64,000 bases of DNA from Heteronotia binoei. Its lineage: Eukaryota. The position numbers and the translations under genes were made by a program. The notes under the pieces are model-generated. The model was not told the origin of the DNA and made no database searches. It worked only from the letters and a program-made list of their open reading frames with translations. Below, piece by piece: positions 46,471-59,900 of this stretch (position 1 is its first letter; each line of letters starts with the position of its first letter). The stretch covers positions 30,442,001-30,506,000 of the forward strand of contig NC_083239.1 in assembly GCF_032191835.1 (NCBI RefSeq). The letters run 5' to 3'.

Positions 46471-48989
46471 TTACATATCATATTTGCCCTATTACTTTAT
46501 TTTCTGTGAAATAAACCTTTGTTGTTCATCTCCACCTTGTCTTGTCTATCAAATCAAAAATTCAGAGAAGCGGGGGCTCAATTTACTTCACATATAAGTA
46601 CAGCCTTAGCCTGGCAGGTTTCCAAATAAGAGACCTTTAGGGAGCACACAGCTTACACACGACTATTCTTGATTTAATTGAGACTCCTTTTTCATTTGAT
46701 TGCGGACAGTTGGGGTATAAAGCATCTATAGAAGAGGCCAGAGTAGGGGATTAGATATTCTTCAGTCCAGAAGGCAAATTGCTTGTCTCCTCCCCAACCC
46801 CTCTTGTTTTGGGGAGATGAAGTCAGTAAGGTATAATTTTTAAAAGAAAATTCTTGGCAGAAATCATGCTGTGCTTATGCTGTTTCTCTACATAGTTTTG
46901 ACATTAAAATACTCTTTTCCCTATAAATGTGTGTATTTATTATGTATTGACTTTGCTTGTACTCCACTTTTCTCCATAATGTGGACCCAAAGCAGCCTAC
47001 ATAATTCTCCTCTTTTCTCCTCACAACAACCCTGTGAGGCAGCATAGGCAGAGTACATGACTGTCTTCCATGGCAGAGTGGGGATCTGAACCTGAGTCTC
47101 TCAGTTCCTCATTTTAAATTGTAACTGCTTCACCCCATTGTCTCTTTGAACAACCATACCTTTGAAACAGATGATTTTGTAGACTACTGACCCCTTGCAG
47201 TCAATGTCTGGTAACAGCTCAACTGTCCTCCATACATCAAGAGAAAAGCAAAATCTGGAAGTGATATTTTTACAAGGATGTAAAATATTGTATTGTATAT
47301 ATGTATGCTGCAAAATGCCTAATTCCCCTGCAGCAGATACGGTAGCAGAGGGAAAGATTATTTTCACTGGAACCCTATACAGAGTTACTCCAGACTAAAA
47401 CCACTGAAATCAGTGCACTGTTGGATCCCTGCCAAATCAGATGTGCTAGCAGGGGAAAACACGTTTCGCTTCCTTGCCAGTAGCAATGATGGCGTATGCC
47501 TTGCACAATAAAACAATTGTTCGGGGCTGAGACTATTGGCCTGAGAAAGAAATGACAATGGTGCTATAGATAAAATGATCAGAGAATATGACTGTAACCC
47601 TATGTCTCTTTATTGTGTAAAGGAGAATGGTGATAGTCTCAAAGGATTTTGGAGTCTTCCTGTTATTGTCTTGATCCCAGAGCTGTTATTCTGCCATTGA
47701 CCAGTTTTAATTCCTGTGAAACATGATCAAAGTTTTTCTGACCCCACCATTACATGCATGGTTCAAGTGAATGATAGGGCACTCCTTTTCCACAGGCATA
47801 AAGTATACCTGTAACGGATGGAAGAGGCACAGTTCTTCCACAGTGTGGTGAGCCTGCTAGGATCTAGGGCTTTTATGGGCCCTTGGGCAGTGTCCATAGA
47901 CTCCTCTGTCACAGCTCTCCCCCCCACACACACACCATTGCAGCTACACTAGATAGTAACCTTCAGTCTTTCTAGACCCTGTGACCCCCAATTCTCCATG
48001 GATCTTTCCAGATTCAGAAAGATGGGAAGCCAAAGTTATGACTTCACTCATGAGAAAGCTAAGACTACAGATAGCAAACCAAGAGGGCCTCAGTTCAGGA
48101 ACACCAGCTGAGCCTGAGAAGATTTATTGCAGTAATTAATAAACCAAGTGTTAGAGCTGCTGCTTTTCTCAGCATGTGTATGCCTTTGCCCACTGTTCAT
48201 GCACACTGCACAAGCAGATACTAATGGTCTATCTAACCCAACATTTTGTCTCATGAAGTGGCCAACCAGCTGCTCTGGATAGTCAATAAACCCAGTGTAG
48301 AATGCTTTTTCCTTTTAAAAAAACCCCCTGCATGTAGAAAAACAGCTTGTCAGGGAAAAGCATTCCCTTCTCTGACACAGTAGTTTTCTATGGACAAAGC
48401 ATTTTGGATGGGGATATGAGGAATCAGCTGGGTGTGCCTGTAGAGGGCAGCCACATCACTCTTTAGAACAAAACCTTTTCCTGCAGGTAGAAAATTAGTG
48501 TGTCTGGGAGAATGGAATGCTGGGCTAGAACCCTCTCTCCTTGGCAATCTAGTCATCTGCTTTCAGGGATATATATTTTTAAACAGATTCAAAATATACT
48601 ACTTAAGATTGTGCTGGTGAATGTAACTGAGCCCCGTCCCACCTAGACACCTAATGCTTTACTAGTGCAGCATTCTTTTCTCCCGACAAGCTAGTTTTTT
48701 ATGGGATTTTGGAAGGACAGTCAGCATCCAGGCAGTGCCTGGAGTTCTCCTGAAATTCCAACTGGTCCCAAGGAGGACACTGCAGCTTCTCAGGGCAGAC
48801 TATATCCCCAGGACATCACATCCCCAAAGAGCTCCCGAAGCAACATCCCCAAATCTCCAGGAATTCCCCCAAGTGTAGTTGGCAACCCTTAGAGGTCAGT
48901 CAGTTGACGCAGATTTTAATTTCCTCGCCATCCCAGAAAATTAGGCTCCTCTAGTTGTTCTTTCAAAGTAAACCTTCCTTTGTCTCCAT

Positions 48990-50110
48990 CCCCTGAATGG
49001 GAAAAAAGCGGGAAGGAACCGCTTCTTTAAATGCCCGGATTTTCATTCACTACCTCTCCCCCACCACCACCGGCGCGCCACGGCTTTTTTTTTAATTCGC
49101 TCACTACGATTGGTCGAGAAGCAATCCCTCCTCAGATTGGACGCAGGATCTTGCCTCGCGTCCCTCCTCCCCATCCGGATAGGCCTCTCTTTCTGCCTCT
49201 CCGCCACGCCGCCCTCGGGTTGGCTGTCGGGGGCCAGTCCCTGGAAACAGTTCCGGGAAACCCCTCGCGTCGCCGGGGTCGCTCTTGTTCGCCCATGAGG
49301 GGAGGGAAGAGGAGGAGCGCGCGCCATTTGCAGCCGCTGCTCTAGCCGCGCCGCGCAGGTCCCGCTCCGGTGAGTCTCGTCTAGGCCGCTCGGCCCGGGA
49401 AGGTGGGTGAGGCGGCGGGGGAAGGCGAAGAGGAAGGCCGTCCGCCGGCGAGGGAAGGGGGCGGGGAAGAAAAGGAAGCCCGCCAGTCTCAGGCCCCGGC
49501 TCGGAGGCCGCCTTTTGTTGCCGCGTCGCGTCTGGGCTGTGCAGGCCGCGCTTCACGGCCACGGAGCTGGCCCGAGTGGGCGCCCTTTGCTGGGCTTTTG
49601 GGTTGAGGGGAAGGTCTCGCCAGACTGGGCCCACAACCCGGATCAGCGCCTTGCTTCTCAGCAGCGCTCCTGTCTCTTCTTGTCTGCATGGGCAGCTCCC
49701 GGCCCTGCACGGATCGCGGATGCAAGCCACATTCCGCGGCGGCTGCTGCTGTTGTGCGTGGTTTGTTCGACCCCTCTTTTCGCTCCGCTTGCATAGGATT
49801 AGATTTGGAGTGCTCCGTGTCACTTGCTTCTGTATAATGTTGGCAGGTCCGCCTTTTTAATTTTTCTAATTGTTTGGAGGCTGTTGGGAAGGATTAGCTG
49901 TCTCTTTCCCGCGCGCGCACACCCACATCACAGTTCCTGTGCAAAGTCTTAGTCGGGATGCGGTCCTGTTGTACGCTTTTACCCGGGACTAAAAAGCGAT
50001 AAATATATGACGTTTTTACTTTCTAGTTTTGGACGCTGCTGCACCGACGCAGCTCGATTTGGTTTGCAAAACACGACTTCTGTCCCGGGAAGGAGCGGGA
50101 CCCGGATCTT
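48990..50110 (+). promoter_or_regulatory. HNRNPR: HNRNPR CpG island/promoter with non-coding exon 1 ending at 49369
   Basis: Dense CpG; inverted CCAAT boxes at 49109-49113 and 49136-49140; YY1-like CGCCATTT 49322-49329; donor CCG|GTGAGT at 49370. Confidence 0.8.
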
Positions 50111-53100
50111 GTTTATATTTTTGCATTTTTTAAAAAAAAGTTGGCATGGTTTTTGTTAGGTGGTGTAGGTAATTTGCTGCATTATCCTTATCCCCACCAC
50201 CACGCCAGCAATCAGTTTGAAGTTGTTGGAATGGTTCTTGGAGGTTCTGTAAATATAGGGGTGAAAGAGAAAGCGCATCGAATTTTACGCTTTAAAGAGA
50301 TGGTCTTGTAGTGTTGGGGGGAGGGGAGAGACAGTGATTAGTTTTAGAGATTTGACTGGTAATATGTCATGCTAGTGCTCAGTTGTGATTCACAAAAGTA
50401 GTGGAGCCTCTGGAAAATTGTTAACAGTTGTAATAACGTGGTGCGTCTGTTGAGATGCTTCAGTAGTGCTTCGATTTTACGGCCGTAGTATTAGATTGCA
50501 TCTGATAATTTGACAGCATTGTCGATTTTAGGGCGATGAAACTACTTTGCAGTAAGTGGCTTGCAGACTCTTGTTTGAGGGGGGAGAGGGACTGTAGGTG
50601 CAGTGGTAGAGGAATTACTTTGCAAGCAGAAGGACTGAAAATCAATCCTCAGCCTCTTGTCGCTAAAAAAATATGGGTAGCAAGAGATGGGCAAGATGTG
50701 CCTGAGACCCTGGAGAGCCACTGTCCACTAGAGTAGATGGTACCAGATTGATGTAAGGCAGGCTCATGTTTTATTGTGACTAAAGGGTCTGCGCGTGTAT
50801 GTGCAAATCATTTCTCTGCTAATGCTCGATCTCTAATTTTTAGATCCAAAAGATGATGCTCTATGTCAGCCTTGATATGGGCATAAGAAGTTCTAAATGC
50901 TCTAAAATAAAGTTGAGGGGAAGATATACTTTTATATACAAATCATGATGCTTTTCAGTTTTCTGCTTACGAAAAAAAGTTCCTTGACAAAATAATTCTC
51001 AGTTAAAATGCTAACATAAAAATGTTTTCAGATCCGTTATCTGCTACGATGAAGGTCACTACTGTTGTATCTCATATATTGTTATTTCAGTAGTGCTTGG
51101 GCATGTTAAAGGAGAGCTGTGCTGTTCCAATTGCTATATAAATTATCTGTGTCTATTCTCAACAGTTATTAGTTTGGAAGTGTATGCAGGTTACTTTGGA
51201 AACAAATAATCTGGTTTGCTGGTTTTTTCTAGTATAAAAGTAGAATATAAAATACTAGCGTAAGTAACAAGTATGGTTTCATCTTCACTGATTGAACTTT
51301 ATTGATTGAACATTGCAATAATATAACATAATCCATATTTTGCTAAATTCTGTTAGAGGGAAAATGGAAAAAAAATCCATTTTATGTTACTTTGTGTTCC
51401 AGAGTATAGAAGTACATTTTGTCTTATCTCACATAAGAAGTGACAGAGCTAGATGGGGACAAGTAAGGTTATAACCTCCTATCTATTCATACTTAGGCAT
51501 GTCCCGTTGAATGCTGGTGCTGAGTTTTGTGTACATCTGCTTAGGGTCATGCCATAGGTGGCCTTGCTGTAGTACCAGGCTACTTGTTTCCCATCTTACA
51601 GTGCAACCAGGAGCTTTATCCTTCATAAGAAAGCCCAGCCCTGTTGTACTCATGCAGTTTGCAAGGATGCATCTGAAGTGTGCAAAACCTGAAAGTGATT
51701 GTATACAAGAAGGGATGGGAGTATTTAGAGAAAGCCTATAGTAGCTGGCAGTGAAACTTCATCTTTGATTCATGAGCTGTAACTCACTGTAGAATCGCAT
51801 GGGGCCTCATGGGATGATAAACAAGTGATCAGAGTGCAGAAGATACACCTACAGAACAAACATTTTAACATATGCCTCACCTTACAGATTACCTCTCTAA
51901 ATAGAACTCTCCAGTTTACACACTCCCCCTTGGGTCTGCACACTCCTTGGGTCCAGTTTACACACTCCCCCTTGGGTCGTCCAAGCACGAGTCAAGGTGG
52001 GCAGATCTGAGGAAACAGAACAGGACACGTTTATAAATAGAATGTTAGCCTAGCACCAGTATGAAGAGACCTTGTAGTAAGTGATAGTCAGTAGCCTAAC
52101 CTACTTGTCATTATACTATCTTGCAAGGATGAACTGTTGTCCATCTTAGCTGGATCATGAACAGAGGGTAGTAAGCCATTATTTGCTACTGACCTGTCAC
52201 TCCCAGATTTCCTCTGACATGGTCAGAAGAGTGGGGTGCTATATTAGAGGTTCTTCTTGCTTACTGAGTTTTGTGTTTCAGAGGCCCTTAGCATTTCCAG
52301 CATTTTGAGTTAAGGTCAGAGATGGAGCTTCTCTTTCCACTGAGTCTGGAATTTGCCTGAATCTGCACCACAGATTTCACAAGGTGTTCTTGGAAAACTT
52401 TGAGTCATATGAGTCAGTGTTTGGGAAGAAGTAAAGTCTGTCTGTAGCTTTGTACTGCCCTTTGGAGGTTTCTGGTACTTCTGGATTGAGATGAAGGAAG
52501 AGGGTGCTTGCTATGGGTGGGGAAGAATGTCTTTGTGTTGTCCATGATACACGAACTTCTTGACTGTTGAGTGTGGGGTGCAGCTGTTGGTAACATTCAG
52601 TGCTGTACTTGAAGCTGACCATATTTTGTGGTAGTAATAACAGAGGAGAAGGCTGAGAAGAATGCTCTGGAATATCTATATTTCCCTAATTTTGATATTT
52701 CATGAAATGGGCTTTGTTCTGAAGTTTGCCATTGTTTGATGCTTGGAAGAGAAGATACCTTATGAGCATTTTCACAGAAAGACTAAGTAGAAGTTGAATA
52801 AATACATGAAAATGTTTGGTTAGCCCATTGTTTTTTGCTGTTCAGTTGCATTTGAATGCAAACTTTACTTTTGACTCCATCAGAACATTTGTAAACACTT
52901 GAGTGTCACACTTTAGCAGTGGGAACTAAATGAACAGCAAACATTGGAGCTTGTGAACTTTCCCTTTGTTTCCATGTACATGGTCAAGAGTGACAGCATA
53001 TAGTTTTGATGTTGTTAGAATCCTGACCTCAGTGCTTGATTTATCATAGAACTTGTTTATTCGTCACTGGTATACAGTATACTATAGTTTTGTAGGTACA

Positions 53101-53192
53101 TATTGCTTGTCTTAAGATGTGTTCTTGCATAAATGTATGCTTCTCAGTTAATATAAAAAAATAAACTCATTATGGATCCTACCTAATCCCCT

Positions 53193-53771
53193 GAAGCCCC
53201 ATGGCACAGTGTGGTATGTTGCAGTACTGCAGTGCAAGCTCTGCTCGTGACCTGAGTTCGATCCCGGGTTCAGGTAGCCAGCTCAAGGTTGACTCAGCCT
53301 GCCATCCTTCCGAGGTTGGTAAAATGAGTACCCAGCTTGCTGGGGGGAAAGTGTAGATGACTGGGAAAGGCAATGGCAAACCACCCCGTAAAAAGTCTGC
53401 CATGAAAACATTATGCAACGTCATTCCAGAGTCGGAAATGACTGGTGCTTGCACAGGAGACTGTGAGTGTTTTCGCACTGACCTTAGTCGGGAGCGACCT
53501 CCCTCTTCACCGCGCAGCGTCTGCGCGGATTTCGCACAAACTGCTGCGCAGCACCAGGAAGAGCCGCATAGTCCCGGGGCTTTTGCGTTGCACATGTAAA
53601 CCGCCAATAAGCAGTTTACATTTGCGACGCAAAAGCCCCGGGACTACGCGGCTTTTCCTGGTGCTGCGCAGCAGTTTGTGCGAAATCCGCGCAGGCGCTG
53701 CGCGGTGAAGAGGGACGTCGCTCCCGACTAAGGTCAGTGCGAAAACGGCCTACCTTTACCTTTTTTTTTTA
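53193..53771 (+). mobile_element. Full-length Sauria (Squam1-type) SINE with a nested palindromic MITE
   Basis: 12-bp TSD ACCTAATCCCCT (53181-53192, 53772-53783); tail 'gcacaggagac..tacctttacc(t)n' split by the MITE. Confidence 0.9.
53463..53750. mobile_element. Fully palindromic MITE (probably Tc1/mariner-type, TA target)
   Basis: 136-bp inverted arms (53469-53604 / 53611-53746), 7 mismatches, 6-nt loop; right end GGCC|TA. Confidence 0.85.
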
Positions 53772-54359
53772 ACCTAATCCCCTATAAACTTGAGTTGTAC
53801 GACATCACTCACATGCTGTATTCTGAAAGCATGTGGAAAATAAGCTATTTAAGATTACTTGAGTTGCAACCTCAGTGCTGTGCTAGAGGATGAGAAGGTT
53901 TATGTTGGGTGATTTTCCTAAACCTTCACCTCCTTCCAGAAGCCCAAAATGTAAGGAAAATAAATGCAGCATTCCCAAAAATAATAGTAATGAAGGAAAA
54001 TTTGGACCAGCAGTTCAGTGGACATTGGCTTTCCAAAGATAATCCTGGCTTTACCTTTTGAATAGACATAGTAAAAGCATTGAAAGTCATGTTCTGTATG
54101 TCATTTGTATATTGAATTGAGTACTGTGAAATGTTGGGATTGCAGAGATGGGACTGTATCTTCCAAAAGTTACCAATTATCAATATCATATAAGAATCTC
54201 TCAGATTATACAGTTGGATAAAAAAAAATTCTTTTTAGATAGAAATTAGTTGTATTCTCATGTTTCCAAGTATGTTAGTAACTGAGTACTTTTATAACGT
54301 TCCGTAGACAGTTCCCAGAAAAAAGAATCTAGAATTAATGCTGGCTAGAATTAATGCTA

Positions 54360-54629
54360 GAGCCAGTTTGGTGTAGTGGTTAAGTGTGTGGACTCTTACC
54401 TGGGAGAACCGGGTTGGATTCCCTGCTCCTCTACTTGCTGGAATGGCCTTGGGTCAGCCATAGCTCTGGCAGCGGTTGTCCTTGAAAGGGCAGCTGCCAT
54501 GAGAGCCCTCTCAGCCCCACCCACCTCACAGGGTGTCTGTTGTGGGGAAGAAGATAAAGGAGATTGTAAGCCACTCTGAGTCTCTTATTCAGAGAGAAGG
54601 GCGGGATATAAATCTGCAGTTCTTCTTCC
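54360..54629 (+). mobile_element. tRNA-derived SINE (Squam3-type)
   Basis: 'gagccagtttggtgtagtggttaag..' to the (TTC)n tail; preceded by a 16-bp-period duplication at 54329-54358. Confidence 0.88.
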
Positions 54630-56749
54630 TTATCAAATTAACTGCCATGTTATCCACACCCATCCGTAGGAAAATCGAGCCCTGCCAATGAGGGACCTGT
54701 ACTTCCACTTCCATAGTTCTTTCTGTTAAGAGAAATGAACAGGCAGGATCTTGAATTATTTGTACATGTGTGATATGAATTCTATATTAACAGGGTGGCT
54801 ATTCCAAGTTTCATTAATCAGTCATATTTTCTATTACTTAGACATCTGATTTAGGTGAAGAGCCTACATTTTTATTTCCCCTCAAAGTTGGTTGCAGTGC
54901 ACTGAGAATCTTTATAAATGTACATGTATTGAAATCCCCCTAGAAAGAAAGAAGGATTGAAATACAGGGTCTTGAATAAGGACTTCAGATGTTTCGTTTC
55001 TGTTAGCAGTACATCACTGTCTTTACCTCTGGACAGTTTTGCCCCCTAGATGGTTTTATTTTGTTCAGCAGCATTGGCACTGTGTTGAGGGTAACTAAGG
55101 TTCTTATTCCAGCTACTGGTACAAGATAAAGTTTATAGAAGAAAGGAGTAAGGTTGTATCAACCTTAGTTCAGGTGGTTGTGCTGTGATCCCTCCTGTGA
55201 AATTACATAATTCCGTAGTTCTCATTGGAGGGGAGGGGCTATGTGTGACAAGTTCTAGAATTCCTATCAAAACGTAGGCGTTCCATTGAATATAATATCT
55301 GTTTCCTTGGTGCTGTTCCTTGACATAAAAGAGTGCGCTTGAGTACAGCAGAATCAGAGCCTGAAATATAGTGCTACATTGCTGTGTAGAAATTATTTGA
55401 GAATATCTTTATCATATAACTAGCAACCTGTCTTAATTCTTTGATGGTTTTTGACACTAAACATATTTCACTATGTGAATTTCAATTTTTTTGCATGTGA
55501 GTAAAGTGCTGAGTTTGTTCTATAAAATAGCTAGCTTACAGACGTTTTGTCATCGTTGTGGATCACCATTAAATGGTTTCAGATAGAAAGTGGTTTGAGG
55601 CATGATTTAGGAGTATAATGTGAATCGTTGCAAAACCATGCAATACGACAAATGTTTGTGCTTTTAATACTGTCTGAGAAAGGGAGCATGGTGTTAACAA
55701 AAATAGATAGTGCCACATCTTTTAGCCTATACAGCCCATCAAGTAGTTAAGTTCCTTGACACTGGATTCAGATTTATGGTTTAAAACAATTTCCTCCCAG
55801 AGCTGGATGATTTGTCGATGTTCCGTTGTGTTGTTGATAAATTGATTATGCTGAATGATTCTGCTTGGGTAGTATTTGAAGGATAGTTTTTAGTGATTGC
55901 TTGTTCTTTTCGCTAATGTGAAACTGTTGATTATTTCTTTCCCTTAACTAGTGGTTTATATCACCTGTACTTCATGACTGACTATTAAATGATCGTTGTT
56001 TTTTCCTGACAAAACAGAATGGTTTTTTAAAATGGTGCATTAGGAAAAGCCTGAGGAATTGATTGAAAAGATAGAGGTGCATTTTTTGGATGCATATCAT
56101 TGTGCAGTCACTTCATTTACTTTTACATCAAGTTTTTCTCACTGGTATGGAAAACTGAAAATGTTGCTTTTTGTTTAAATCACATCTGGACTAATACTCC
56201 ATGCAGTAATACTAGTTCATCTTGCTAATGTGAAGTGCTGTTTGTTTATCGATCGTTCACTTGCACAAAAATTGAATGTAGAGTGTTCCTTTATAGCGGC
56301 TCTGGCAACCAGTGTATTTTACTTTCTTAAAGCTTCATGGCTTTTCTTGTGTAACATAATGTTGGGTTTGAAGGAAGACATGGAAGTATGCCAGAAAAAA
56401 ATACGGGAAGGATGGCAAGCAAGCACTGATATGTTTAGCCGCCCTGCAGGCCTTTGTCTTGAATAAACTGATCTAAAATCTCTTTGAGACCAGGGACATT
56501 TGTCCATTCCAGCATAACTCCCAGCCACTATGTCTGTGACAGAAACTTATTACTTAAAGTGAAAGATGTACAGGAGGTGCTTAAAGCTGTGCATCATTCC
56601 ATGTACATGGTCCATAGTATTTCAGGACTGTACTTTTCTTTTATTTTCTCCTGACTTAGGTGAGCTGCATTGTAAAGGCTTTAAAATATAGGTTTGCAGC
56701 ATGTTTACAAAATTAGTTTAGATAAATGCATTGTCCTACAAATTAGTTC

Positions 56750-56929
56750 NNNNNNNNNNNNNNNNNNNNNNNNNNNNNNNNNNNNNNNNNNNNNNNNNNN
56801 NNNNNNNNNNNNNNNNNNNNNNNNNNNNNNNNNNNNNNNNNNNNNNNNNNNNNNNNNNNNNNNNNNNNNNNNNNNNNNNNNNNNNNNNNNNNNNNNNNNN
56901 NNNNNNNNNNNNNNNNNNNNNNNNNNNNN
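56750..56929. other. Assembly gap (180 N) covering the HNRNPR start codon
   Basis: Sequence resumes in frame at E44 of HNRNPR. Confidence 0.99.
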
Positions 56930-56958
56930 AGAGAGACTTGATGAAATATTTCAGACAG
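56930..56958 (+). CDS. HNRNPR: HNRNPR first coding exon, visible 3' end
   Basis: ERLDEIFQT(G)|gtataa; ATG inferred at about 56802 if the exon has human length. Confidence 0.9.
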
Positions 56959-59900
56959 GTATAATATGCATTTCTTGTTTCTGATTGGTTATGCAAGTGA
57001 AGGCAAAACGGTTTTTGAAATTTTTTAGGTTTTAAAGTTGAAAAAAAAATCGCTGTATTTTGAACTGTGTAGCTTAAAATGTATTGCTGCTCTCAATTCT
57101 CTTGAGGTCAAATTGAGTTTCACAGTATGTTGATAGTTTCTTAGGTCTTCAGTACACTGTTTCATAGACTTCCACAAGTTTCCGAAAAAACCAGACATTC
57201 CAGCCTGCTGAACTGTAATTTTTGTAAATATCTGCTTCTGCTGTGTTCTACCATGACTAACTTATGGTGACTATGTTAAGCACTTCATGTTTTAATAGGT
57301 GGCTTTTGGGGGATGGTGGGGAGAAATAGCCTAGTTTGACTGACTTGGGTATATTCTGGAATACCAGTCTGTGTGTGAATATTATGTCTAGCTCTTAGTG
57401 GATAGTACAGTCCTTATTAGTCATTACACCGAATTGTCCAGTTTAACAATAATGGCTTGAATTATCTTTATCTTGCTTGGAGCAAGTGTCTTTGTGTATT
57501 TTAAAGAGAGAAATAGTCTGCTTGAGGTGACACATGTTTTTTGGTACGAAACAGAGACTTTTTTCTTCCTCTTGAGTATGTGTGTTGTGAACATGCATAC
57601 TGTAAATGGGAACAGCTTCATGCCCTCAAATACCTCAGTGGCAAGATGTAGTTTTATCTTTTTCCCCCCCTAAAGCCCTCCAAAAGTGCTACAAACTTAA
57701 AAGGCAGTTCAAAAGAATACTGCACCTGTCTCATTATGTTGATATTCTGGCTCATGTGGGTGCGAAGTAGCCTTCATGTCTGTAGAGATGTCCTTTTTCT
57801 AAAGCTCTGCTATGAATGATATGCTGTTAGAGACTTGAGTGTAGGTGTGTGAGAAAGGGTTTTAGAATGTGTTTCACTTAGGTTGTATTGTGAGGAGTTA
57901 AGGTAAACTTAAAAGGCATTAATGTTAAAAATGTAATAGTTGTATGAATTTTTTTAAAAAAGTTGTGCAAACCTCTCCATGTGCAGAAGAGGTACTTTCA
58001 CCCCAGCGGGGTTCATTACTACTATTTGTTTCTCCAGTAGATAGTTAAACAAACTCAGGGCTGAACTTTGTGATCCTTAACATGTTGAGTTTTGCCCCTG
58101 TATAAATGATTTAGGTGCCTTCCAGCATGCAGGATCAATTCTGAACTGCGGTCTGTGTACCACTATTCCAGCCCCGGCCCCCCAACTTTTGTGTTTAAGA
58201 ACTTTTCAGTGTTCTTTTTAAATCCTGGGGGAAAAGTCCAAATCAGTACAGAATAACCTCTTAATACAGTCAGAATGAGCAATGTTCTACAGTTCTTGTA
58301 AATCTGCTGCTAACTTTAGATCTCTTGAAAGGAAGTGCATGCAAATCTTTCAAAATATGTGCTTCAGAATTGGTCCTATTGTGTAAGCCTAATAGAAGTG
58401 TACTTTGAAGTACATAACAGGGCTCGAAATAATATCACTGGCTGGACAGTGTGGCAAAGTAGTATGAAACCATAAGCAAAATTTCCACTGTAAAGACACA
58501 TTTTTAGAGACATAGGGAGAGTTTTGCTCTTTGAAAAATTTGAGGGAGGGAAGGGGGCTGGCTTCATAAGTGGTTCCAGTCACTGTTGTAGCAGATAGTG
58601 GTCAGATGATGTGGAACTCTGTGTACACAGTTTGTTGTGGCTCCATTTAAAAGAAGTCCTTTGAGAATGTGAGCCAGAGTTCATTATTTCAAACCCTGAT
58701 ATGCTGTGTTGCTTGTGCAACAAACTTTGATTCCCAAAAGTTTCTGGAACTGTTGTGTTCCTTAATACAACGTTTGAATAAGTAAGTGTAATATATGCGA
58801 CAGCTCAAATTATTTCAGTTCTAGTAAAGTTAAAATAGTGACTAACTTAACTGCTTTGTCCAATTAATAAATTGGAATCTGTAACTTTTTCTTTTTTTAA
58901 TTTTTTAGGATTGGTAGCTTATGTTGATCTTGATGAGAGAGCAATAGATGCTCTCAGGGAATTTAACGAAGAAGGAGCCCTCTCTGTATTACAACAGTTT
59001 AAGGAAAGTGACCTGTCGCATGTACAGGTAAGGTGAGAGCTCCCTGCGTTGTGACCGTATCGGTTCACAAATTTATGTTGTTGTAGTCTTGAGTAAAGCA
59101 AGCACTAGCAAATTTGCTAAGATTAAAATGCCATTTTTGAGCTCAGTTTATTTTTTGCCAGGTGTCTTTTGCTAACTGTTAAGACTGTACCACTCATATG
59201 CTAAATTAAATCTAGAATTGCATGCCTATAGCAAGACATATTTACTAGTGTCTCAGTTTGATCTGATGATCATATATGCGTGGGGGTGTTTTTAATGGAG
59301 CGGTGCCTGGTAAAAACATTAGATCACATGTTCTTAAGGACACTGACTGGCATTTAGGTTAGTTTTGACTAATGGGCTGTAGCTGAATGTTGTTCAAGGT
59401 TCTGTGGCTTTAGGTTGCTTTTTATAGCTTCCGGTTGAGTTATTTTCACCAATTGTGCCTGCAGAACAAAAGTGCATTTTTATGTGGAGTTATGAAGACC
59501 TACAGACAGAGAGAGAAACAAGGAAGCAACAAAGTACAAGAGTCAACAAAGGGGCCAGATGAAGCAAAGATTAAGGTAAATCCTCATATTGTCGCTTACA
59601 AATGCTTTATTTGTAAGAGGGTTATATATGCTAATGAACTTCTACACAGGCATGTTTGTGTTCACAAGGTGCATGCTATTGTTATGATGTCGCTCCTAAG
59701 AACTTAACACAGGAGTAAAATATTGCATTGAGGTAGAATTGTGTAGCAGGAAAAAATTGTATTTTTCAGATCCTGATATATTGAAGCTAAAAAAAATCAG
59801 TATTTCTAGTTTCTTGGATTCCGAATACCGATACATTATTCAGATCTCAGTGGGGGGTTTTATGGGGGGGAGGGTTCTGAGGGTTATCCCCCCCCCATTA

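Noticed and set aside
49031-49860. Several 94-239 aa ORFs
   Set aside because: Typical stop-poor CpG-island ORFs over the HNRNPR promoter and intron 1
51032-51190. Possible non-coding cassette exon in HNRNPR intron 1 (ttttcag|atccg..)
   Set aside because: Acceptor plausible but candidate donors weak; cannot be supported without RNA or conservation data
51911-51978. 42-bp-period local duplication; a similar 34-bp-period one lies near 62987-63040
   Set aside because: Ordinary slippage duplications
55800-55860. Possible C/D box snoRNA (TGGATGA...CTGA)
   Set aside because: Box C deviates from RTGATGA and the terminal stem is poor
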